Translations under genes and position numbers: made by a program | Notes under the pieces: model-generated | Told to the model about the DNA's origin: nothing | Databases searched by the model: none | The model's input: the letters and a program-made list of their open reading frames with translations, nothing else | In this document: positions 1 to 9,188 of the stretch, one piece after another | Layout: every line of letters begins with the position of its first letter | How positions within the stretch are numbered: the stretch's first letter is position 1 | Assembly (NCBI RefSeq): GCF_902652985.1 | Contig: NC_047023.1 | Location: 23,808,001-23,872,000 of the forward strand | Reading direction: 5' to 3' | DNA: 64,000 nt | Source of the DNA: Pecten maximus | Lineage: Eukaryota

Positions 1-243
1 GCCATGTTGTTTTCAGATTGGTCTCAAAACGCAATATGCATAACTAGGCACCAAGGGGAACCTACATATGAAATTTGAGAAAGATCCCTTCAGTACTTTC
101 TGAGAAATAGCGATAACAAGAATTGTTTACGGACGGAGGGACGGACGGACGGACGGACGGACGGACGGAGGGACGGACGGACGACGGACCACGGACGCAG
201 GGCGATTTGAACAGCCCACCATCTGATGATGGTGGGCTAAAAA
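1..243 (-). mobile_element. Non-autonomous Helentron/HINE-type element, 5' end (partial), in an NRK intron
   Basis: (GGAC)n microsatellite at ~129-197, then the palindrome agcccaccatc-tgat-gatggtgggct and an A-run. This is the reverse complement of the usual HINE 5' end (T-run, subterminal IR/hairpin, GTCC microsatellite). Confidence 0.75.
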
Positions 244-401
244 TATCCTTTCAGTACCTCTCAAGAAATAGCAATAACAAGCATTGTTTACAGGCAAATG
301 ACAGACTATCGACCACACAAAGGATTTCAAAAGGATTGAATTCATATAAATTTTCCAATTACATTTAAATACATCTAGCAAGTGAGTTATGGCTGTATTA
401 C

Positions 402-3400
402 CTTCTTCTTCTCCAACAGACAGTTCTGTTAACCTCCAGAAAATATCTTTTGTCAAACACTTCATTAAGAGGTCTGAAATGTAAAACATAAAACATTTTC
501 ATATACATAGAAGTTCACATGTATTGCTGCAATTATGTATTGGTCGTCTGAACAGTGCATGAATTTAAATGTGGTCTTTATATGATTACAATGTTTTGTC
601 AATATCAGTTGTATTAGATATATATGTATGATACTTTCTTCAAATTAAAAACCACTTTTTTTTTAAAAATTTGATTAACAAGTAAAATTGTAAAAAAAAC
701 ATCATTACTTGTAGTTGTAAAGAAGAAAACCGTCTACTAAAAGGATGGGGATGCTGTGATCGCCTGGAGAATGGGTCTCTTTGGGTCTGGCCCACTGCTG
801 AATATTTCTAACAAGTTTATCCATCTCCATGGCTTTCATTTCTGAAAAAGTTTTAAAACAAAAATATGAACTGAGAAAGTATAATCACATTTACACTATT
901 CGTATTTGTGATGTGTAAGCATGTATCACATAATATAAGGAAGGTAACTAAATATATATATGTATATATTCTTTATTCAAATCAAGCCATGATAATAAGT
1001 TCAGTGTATTAAAATTAGTACACAATGGAACAAGAGGCCTAATGGGCCTGACATACTAACCTGGTTCTCAGACTCTGCCTTTCAGCTAATTAGAAGAACT
1101 TGTTAAATATGTGTGTTAACAAATTTGACCACTGTAACCTTGAATATGAACATGAATATCAAGGTCATGATAAATTTTTTTTCACAAACTTTGTCAGGTG
1201 TCATCCAAGACACCCACTTATTAGCCATATGTCCTGATTCTAGACCTTTTAGTTAATCAGAATTGAAGCTGTTTGAATGTTTTAACAAATTTGGCCCCTA
1301 AGACCTTGAGTTTCTTTCGAATTTCATTTCTTTTTGCAAATCTTATGGAGCTGCATCCCAGGAATCAACCAGTCAAATATCTTAAGGCCTTTTGGTTTTT
1401 CAGAGGAAGAATGATTAAAGGAAAAAGTTGATGCTGAGAGGACAATAGAGAGGCGATTGATGTCACACCACAGCCTTAGCTCACCTGACCCTTTAAGGAC
1501 CAGTTAGTTAGCTTCAAACACATGAACATACCATCCCAATTTTCATGATTCAGTTCTGGAATCCATGTCAGTCTTTTATCCCCTGGTTCCTGAAATTAAA
1601 TAGTCCATACATTAACACATTACACATGCTGATGCAGTTGAAGAGGAAGATTTTTTACCTCTTTTTCTTTTCTCATTTTCAATGCAGATGCTTATCATTA
1701 TAAAGAAAAAATAATATGCATCATAGATAATATAACATACAAAGGGGGTGGGTGGTTTGGAGATAAGGGTGTAGTGTATATAGTAATTGCTTTTTCTGTA
1801 CATTTGCTTTTATTGGATCTAATTTTGTTAGAATTATCTTAATTTTTTTCTCATCTTAAATTTCCCCTTTTCATTTTTTTTTTTTTTGTAATTTGAAAAT
1901 TAGTAACAAGGGAAACCAGTGAGTATGGGAAATTTTCCATTTGATGTAGGTCATAGGTCAAAATGTAGGTTGGAGTGACATAATTTTGACAAACCACTTC
2001 ACCTACAATGTAAGTGACCCACACCCCAATTATGAAGTTCTGTCAAGTAGTGTAGGCGATTGATCATGAGCCCTGAGAAATAATTTCTTTGATGTGGTTC
2101 ATAGGTCAAAATATAGGTCAGAGTGACCTACAAAATGTAATTTTGACATATGACATGCCGCCTCAACTAGGTGAATCCAAGCCCGAAGTATGACGTGCCA
2201 GATGTTAAGAAGTGTAGGAGACAGAGCCTATATACATGTAGGTCAGTTACCTTCTTCTGAAACAGGATTCCGATGTACACATCACCGCAAGTAGGTGAAC
2301 ACAAGATCCCAAGTATGAAATGCCCAATGATGGCAAGTAATGTAGAAGATAGAGACCTGACAATTTTATTATCTTAGGAAGGTCATAGGTCAAAATGTAG
2401 GTCATAATGACCTGATTTTGACATGATGAGACACTGCATCACCTAGGTGAATCCATACCCAAAGTATGAAGTTCCAGTGTCAAGTAGTGTAGGAGACAGA
2501 GCCTATAATCAAAACAAGACATAATGTGCAGAAGGACAGATGGACGGGAGGAAGGACAAAAGGATGGAAGCCAGGCAAAAAATATATTGCCCCCTCCCCG
2601 ATGGGGGTATAATAACTAACTAACCAAATAGTAATCATCCTGATGGATAGCGGAGCAGTTTGGCAAAGCAGATAAAAGTTGTCCAACCAAAGTTGATTTA
2701 CCGCTATTTGTAGCTCTGCAAGGAAAAAGGGAATATGCTAAAATCAGAACACAAATTTAATATAATACAGAAATTTTAACACAAGTATATATAAGATTCA
2801 TAGACGAATCTTCATCTGTCAATTAAGTCAAAGGTCTTTTCCCAATCACACTTCAAATTCAACTGAATGGCCACAACTAGGGGTTCAGAACTTGAGGTGA
2901 ACCAACACATCAAGTTTAAGAAATATCTTTCTACCTCTATATATTTATATTACTTTCTTATGAAATAATTCACAATAACAAACTGCATCTGCAAATTCAG
3001 TAAACTCACAATATCAGAAGTGAATCCCCTAAATTATTCTACCTAAATACTAATAGCTCCTTTTATTTCACATTATCAAAGTATATACACGTAATTCAAA
3101 GACAGACAATTGCAAGTTTTTCATTTTTGAAATTTTCTTTGGCAATATTTATTACAATTAACAATTTCATATATCCTTTCATCCAAATCTAACATTGCTA
3201 AGAAATGTCATTGAACCATAATCAATTTTCAGTTACTTAACATTATTTAATGGTAAATTTATGAACGCAGGCTTAATATAATTATACACATCAATGGCTT
3301 TAAAATTTACAACTTGACATAGTTTTTGATAATCATCCAACAGTTGTTTGAAGTGGCGGATTGAGTTTGCATTTACAATTTGAACCTAAAAATAATTCCA

Positions 3401-5817
3401 AATATCTACAATTCCGGATGTAACTAAAGGAGCATACATTGTATGAAGTGTCCTGTTACCTAAGACAACAAATTTATATCAATGACTTGTTTTTGATAAT
3501 CATTATCATATGAAGGGAAATAGTCAAAACGCTTATAAATACTTCATATGGTATGAAATTGCAATGGTACAAAATGGACATATGGTACAAAACAACTGGC
3601 GACTTTATCCACAGACGATCAATAATGTGAAATATTGTGTTTGGCCGATAATTATATTTCCCTCATCTATGATATACATCTAACCATGAAATTGATCAGG
3701 ACTTGGAGACACTATTGTTTCTTGTTCAGATTAAACAGCTATAAAGACTTATCTAGATCTAGGCTAGATCTTTTGCTATAATAATTGAAACAGATGGCAG
3801 CAATGCAAGTATATCAAAGAAGAAGAGCCAATTGACAGTAATGATATCGAGTCGCCCAAACTTTCATATAGAATACGTCGTTGATTGGCCTAGGACAGCA
3901 TATACTATTAAAGGCCGTTCATGTCAAAAACGAGATACATTTAACGCGTTAAGCTTTAACGCGTTAACACATTTAACGCGTTAAACATAACATTTAACGC
4001 GTTAAAACTAGTTTAACGCGTTAAGTCTTAACGCGTAAAGCTTTAACATTTAACGCGTTAAATGTAGTTCTCATTTAACGCGTTAAAGACAGTTTTATCA
4101 CGTTCATAATCATTTTTACGCGTTAAATCTTAACGCGTTAAACTTTATCAGATTAACCAATCAGTTGCACCCTTGCATCAGCATTCGGATGAAAGTTCTT
4201 CAGGGAAACAGTTTAATGACAGAATATTACAGTACGCGTTGACAGAATATCAACACGTCAAAAAGAATGTTGATATCTCTGAAAACCGATTTAAACAGAG
4301 ACCGTATCAAAATAATCAATTTGTGCAATGAATCAACAATTTCTTTTTCCTCTTTCACTGTGCTTCATTCTTTTGGTCATTTGTGTATTCATGAAGGTCT
4401 GTAAGATACATTGTTGTACATTACTGTAACTGGTACATTCTGATGACGTCACATTGTTTACTGACGTTCCGAGTTGTGTATGCACTCACCGACACGAAGG
4501 TGGCATTTTGTTCTGGGATATGGTAGTTTTGTCATCTTTGAACATTGATGAGATAATACAGAACATCTCACAATATACCATGTTATAAATGCAGTTTACA
4601 GAAAACGAGATGTAGAGACTGTATTTATCACTCCAACATCCATCAGCCTACTACAAGTATTTGTCGATAGTTCGTCTATCTGGTCGGCTGCCATGGCAAC
4701 ATTGATGACAGTAAATATTCCTACAACTGGCAAATATAAAAACACGATTAGAATTTAAATTTAAAAGTAAACAGTAGTAAATTATTTAAAAGATAACAAC
4801 AACAATTACGATAGCAATAGTTGACGGTAGAGTCAATTCTCTCCAGAAAACTGGCTCTGGCAGCCATACTGTTACAAACAAAAATGTAGTCCTTTAAATA
4901 CATAGTAGATACAGGGAATTCGATTGGTCTGTTATTTTAGTCATTTTAACGCGTTAAAACAAAAGCTAAGACTTTTAACGCGTTAAATGAATGAAGCTGT
5001 TTATCACGTTAAATGCTAGCTAAGTAACAAATTTAACGCGTTAAAATTCCATGAAAACATTTAACGCGTTAAAGCTTAACGCGTTAAATGTATCTCGTTT
5101 TTGACATGAACGGCCTTTCATAATATACGGACATGACAAATAACGATGTTGTTCAGAAGTCAGATATTGGTTCAAAATTCACGACCTTTGCGAAAAATAA
5201 TAATGTGGGTGTATATTTTGTGGTATCAGTATAGTTTAACTGAATGAAAACAGATTAATTTTAAAATGTTAAGAAGTAACTGATCATGATTAGGTTGGGG
5301 AAAACCGACAACTTGCGTATGATACATGAATTTGTGTATTATACGCCAGTTCGAGTATGGATTTGTTAATTAAAATAGACAAAATTGATTAAACAGTAAA
5401 TTTTGAAATATTTGATTTAATGGCAATTTGATTGATGACAAGGTAAATAATATTTTACTCAAATATGTTTATTGAAAGCGTTGTGATTGTCTAAAGAAAC
5501 TTGATATTACATTACCAGAAGTATTGCATCAATTTTTGGTACTTCCCAACGTTCAAACAAAAAATCATAACAGTGATTTTGGCTATATTTAGTCACAAAA
5601 CTATGTCGTACTCGTTTTATAAAATAATAACATACAAGAGTACATACTCTTCTATGTTATATTTTTTAAAACGAGTCAGGCACCTGCGGCCGTATTATAC
5701 GTATACGCAATCGCGAGTTTCCCTAACCTGATAACCTCCAATCAATGTCTGGATTATCCAAAACACATCTTACCCGGATATTCCTACAATCAATTTTCTA
5801 ATATGGTCTCCAGACAT
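402..5817 (-). CDS. NMRK1: Nicotinamide riboside kinase (NRK1/2 family), 3'-partial. Exons 5817-5774, 2715-2625, 1589-1532, 841-709, 473-402
   Basis: Spliced translation MSGDHIRKLIVGISG|ATNSGKSTLVGQLLSALPNCSAIHQDDYYL|EPGDKRLTWIPELNHENWD|EMKAMEMDKLVRNIQQW...IPILLVDGFLLYNYK|PLNEVFDKRYFLEVNRTVCWRRR. The P-loop GISGxTNSGKST, QDD and ILxxxGFLLxNYKPL motifs match NRK. All introns are GT-AG with consistent phases. Remaining exons lie left of the window. Confidence 0.93.
1029..1513 (-). mobile_element. Degenerate Helentron/HINE-type element
   Basis: Begins aacaagaggcctaatgggcct (reverse complement of the 3' hairpin plus CTTGTT end). Has agctcacctg subterminal IR near 1478 and internal gaccttga/aaggtca motifs. 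Confidence 0.65.
1905..2612 (-). mobile_element. Degenerate Helentron/HINE-type element with internal tandem repeats
   Basis: Recurrent ggtcataggtcaaaatgtaggtc units (~1950, 2097, 2381), a degenerate GGAC-like tract at ~2530-2570 and terminal hairpin ccccctccccgatggggg. Confidence 0.55.
3906..5122. mobile_element. Non-autonomous DNA transposon (MITE), IS3EU-like termini, in NRK intron 1
   Basis: 62-bp TIRs (3906-3967 and 5061-5122, 61/62 identical), TAT...ATA termini, 6-bp TSD ATATAC (3900-3905 and 5123-5128) and 13 perfect subterminal TTAACGCGTTAA palindromes. Confidence 0.9.
5292..5729. mobile_element. Old MITE with degenerate terminal inverted repeats
   Basis: Left end aggttggggaaaaccgacaacttgcgtat resembles the reverse complement of the right end, aggttagggaaactcgcgattgcgtat. 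Confidence 0.45.
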
Positions 5818-5946
5818 CGTGCACGTGTTCTCCAAGATGCGCAACAGATGTAAAAGTACATGTAGGCTAGACTGCTGCTTCATACACTGATAAATAGGCC
5901 GATTATTTCTCACAAAACTATGTTCTTTCAATTAATATGCATCATG

Positions 5947-6216
5947 CTATTTACTTTCTTGAAAGTCTACTTTATCATCTTCATCTGGACCTGTATCCGA
6001 GCCGTTTTCCTCGTTTTCGAAATGCTGAGGATTGACGTTAATGCGGTCCAGAAAAGCGGAAAGAAGACGTTTATTTAGATGGTCTGTTTGAGTTATTTTT
6101 CGCTCTGATGTTTCTTCTGTCTCGGCTGTGTCCTTTTCCTCTACAGAAACTTTTTGTAGGTCGTTTTTCAATTCAGTAACCGCCTCTTGGTCGTTCGGCC
6201 TTTCATTGTCGGCCAT
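5947..6216 (-). CDS. Intronless 89-aa acidic small protein of unknown function, directly upstream of NRK (candidate first cistron/uORF)
   Basis: Strong start context (agtATGG). Protein-like composition: acidic N- and C-terminal tails around an amphipathic core KITQTDHLNKRLLSAFLDRIN. Less AT-rich than its flanks and not in a repeat. Confidence 0.75.
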   Translation of the reverse strand: MADNERPNDQEAVTELKNDLQKVSVEEKDTAETEETSERKITQTDHLNKRLLSAFLDRINVNPQHFENEENGSDTGPDEDDKVDFQESK

Positions 6217-6448
6217 ACTGGTTTAGAGAAATATTAATTTTCGCAATAAAGAGAAAAATCGGAACGCATAAAATTAATTTTGCTGTCTTAAAAAACATAT
6301 TGACGGGTTTTAGATGAGGCGAAAATAAAATTATCCCTTTGTATTATTTTTTATTCTAAACGCAATAAAACTGGTGCTAGATTACTAGATAAACAACGAA
6401 ATAAGTAAAAGTAGATTTTCGATTGATTTTAAAGTCAAGATTGCACAA

Positions 6449-6470
6449 CCGGAAGTGATTTACCGGAAGT
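6449..6470. promoter_or_regulatory. Tandem ETS/GABP sites in a probable bidirectional promoter (small ORF/NRK leftward, CCDC124 rightward)
   Basis: CCGGAAGT at 6449-6456 and 6463-6470, between head-to-head housekeeping genes. Plus-strand splice-donor-like sites (acag/gttatgtaagt) at ~6604-6615. Confidence 0.55.
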
Positions 6471-7388
6471 TACATATTACAGCCGAAATCGAAACAACAA
6501 ACTATAGCTAACATATTTCGTTTTTAGGAGTTTATGTAATTGATACAGAACGACTGTATTGGCAGTTTGATTATTGAGTCTTGGAAGTTCCGACTTAACA
6601 ACAGGTTATGTAAGTGTATAATTTTAGACGATCGATTTCAGACAAATTAAAGACATTGCTATGTCTGTTGAACAGGTTTTAGGGGATTTCCGATTTAGAA
6701 CGAATATTCATACCCTGCCTACACTGCTCTCCGACGACGACCATCTGTCAGGAATTGTCCGTCCGTCGTCCAGAGCTACGTTATCGCAGCTAGTTCTAAT
6801 TCAGTACATAGCAATGCCAAAACTGAAAAACGCACATATGTCATTTGTTCTATATTCAATTCATTTATCTGTTTTCGTTCCTATAAGGCATGTGCACATT
6901 AAGAAAAGACTGTTAGCTACCTGATAGACGTTCTCGCTTGTCATGCGGGCCGCCATCCCCATATACGTCTAACTAATTACAGGATTTTTACTTTTTTAGT
7001 GTTTTTCTTATTTGGTTAGGGTATTTCTACCTAAACGGACCAAAATTGACTCGGAATTACCGAAACCAGGGACATATATATCTTATTATACGTCCCTGCC
7101 GAAACAGAGAAAAATGAGGCTTAAATTAGCATTATTTTCAGAGAACGGAACGAAATACATTTGTATATGTTCTACAATGCCCAACTGTATGTATCATATT
7201 ACAGGTTTAATTTTTATTTGACTGAAAAGTATTTAAAATAAATGTTTTAATCATTTGCGATATGCGGCCCGATTGTCGTCAGAGTTGAATTACCGAAATG
7301 GCAGATAATGAAATTGAAATAGATATTTTTTATGAGATAATGGTTCTTATTAGCTGATTCCTCAAAATGGCATATCTGTGGCATACGT

Positions 7389-7663
7389 TGTAGCGGAACT
7401 GGATCATCGGCGACCAGTTAGCTCAGTCGGTAGAGCATCTGACCAGTGTTCAGAGGTCCTGGGTTCGAACCCCGTTCTCGCCATGCATTTTGCCGCACGT
7501 ACTACCTTTGGTGCCGTGATCATGACCCAACCTTGTTTCAAGTGTGGTGAATACTTGACAAGGGGATACCTGAACCTGGGTTGTGAGTTGTTAAGGCTAG
7601 TGTTCGGAGGTCCCGGGTACAAACACTTGTCTGGCTGTGCATTTCTCCACTTCTACTTCTACA
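7389..7663 (+). mobile_element. TRIM-like mini LTR retroelement with tRNA-derived LTRs (Helenus-like), degenerate
   Basis: Starts TGTAG and ends CTACA. First repeat has Pol III A box (7419-7430), B box (7462-7472) and a TCTGA/TCAGA anticodon-like stem. TGGTGCCGTGA at 7509-7519 is complementary to the tRNA-His 3' end (PBS). Purine tract at 7557-7568 and a second degenerate tRNA-like copy at ~7595-7663. Confidence 0.6.
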
Positions 7664-7931
7664 TGATATTGACTAGCCCCTGTGGACAGACATCTGGCAT
7701 TGTAAGAAACGCATGCCCAAGTTTCAGCAACTTTCCTTAGTGTAAGGAAATTCCTTAACTTAAGTACATTGTTTCTTAATAAAGCAGTCACATACGTTAA
7801 TCTGCCAAACATATTTGGATTTTTTTTGAAGTGATGAAACATGTTGCCTTTTGGCAATCTGCAGCAACTATGATTTTTACAAATTCTAAGGCAGCTGTAA
7901 AGTGCTTGAAAGGCATATGTGCAGTAATGCG

Positions 7932-8283
7932 GAGGCCAACTCAATTTGCACTCTTCTCCTTCTAGAATAAAACTTCCGGTCACTTGATTTGTAGCTTCTG
8001 CTTCTGGCAGATCTTCTACCTCTTCCGTCTCGAAACTGGAAGATTTATCTTCCAAGATGGCGGCGACCATGTTTAAGTGTGCGACATGCAGATCTCGAGT
8101 GATGAGTTTCACTAAAGAAGGATTTATGTCGCATACATGTACAGGTTTGTGTTACAGTGTTTGAAACTTGAAAACTTGTTTGTTTTAGGTTATGTTCTTC
8201 CGGCTTACTTGATTTACATATAACAGAATGCTATCTTCTGAGAAGGCTTCTCTTCTTAGAAGGGTGCAAATTGAGTTGGCCTC
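7932..8283 (+). mobile_element. Internally deleted DNA transposon (26-bp TIRs) retaining promoter motifs and a zinc-finger-like first exon
   Basis: TIR gaggccaactcaatttgcac(t/c)cttct, 25/26 identical. Inside are an ETS site acttccgg, a YY1-type caagatggcggc, and ORF 8057-8144 MAATMFKCATCRSRVMSFTKEGFMSHTCT ending at a GT donor. Confidence 0.6.
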
Positions 8284-9188
8284 AGGCCTGAGATCATATG
8301 ATGACCATGTGTCCAGGCTGATACTGCCGTTGCACACCTGCGCGAATGACAAATTTGAGGCCAGTTTACAGCCAATGTATGATCACTGTGGAACAACTAT
8401 AACTACAGCATGACATATTCTATGATGACTATATATAGAAATTATAGCTCCAAGTTATGATTCTAATTATACAACGATCACTACGGCCTGTAAAATTAAT
8501 ACACTGTACAGTAACCCTGTGACCACCACAAGTATCTCTCAATTTATTTCAGGGATCTGCAACTTCTGTATCATATAGCTAGATCAGATGTAATGGGCTG
8601 TCACTAAATAAAGGGGTGGAAGAAAATGTTTTAGAAAAATGTGCTTTATTCTGATTGTTGGATAACACCTAACTGTATTCTGATCTGTATGAAGGGAGGT
8701 AAACCTCATATCACTAATTTCAAATGAATAATTATTATTTACATATAATAACAAACCAGAAATAATAGATCACAGTCCATATTGACTGAATCTTGGATTG
8801 TTGTATCCAGTTTACTATACCCTAACTATAGGGATCATCTCAGATGGTTAAAATGCAAACTTGTATTCTAATTTGTATAGAATATTCATCTTAATTTTAC
8901 CTCAAAATGAGCATGACTGATATATCTAAGGCATAAAGTTACATAATCATGATCAATAAACTTAAAATTTAAAGGTTGCATGGGGAACAGTTCTCTCATG
9001 TGGTCACCTGTACTTTTTTATATAAGTAATTAAAGGAAAATTTCAGTTTTATGATATTTCAGACCCCCACATCAACATGGCAATGCTTTCCATCTGTCTG
9101 TTAACACTTTCGATTAATAAGATATATCGTACAAGTAAATTTTTTTTAAAACAATAATTTGCAGATTTGATTTTTAAGACCATTGAAG

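Noticed and set aside
123-489. ORFs 123-368 (+) and 127-489 (-)
   Set aside because: They derive from the (GGAC)n microsatellite. The real exon at 402-473 is in another frame.
3941-4141. CRISPR-like array of palindromic repeats with variable spacers
   Set aside because: The repeats are only 12 bp with irregular short spacers, sit inside TIRs with a TSD, and the context is eukaryotic with no cas genes.
5932-5949. Stop-codon readthrough fusing the small ORF to NRK
   Set aside because: Although in frame, a second stop (TAA) follows five codons after the TAG.
7409-7483. Functional tRNA-Thr(AGT) gene
   Set aside because: The acceptor stem does not pair, the anticodon loop lacks U33, and it is one of two repeats in a TRIM-like element.
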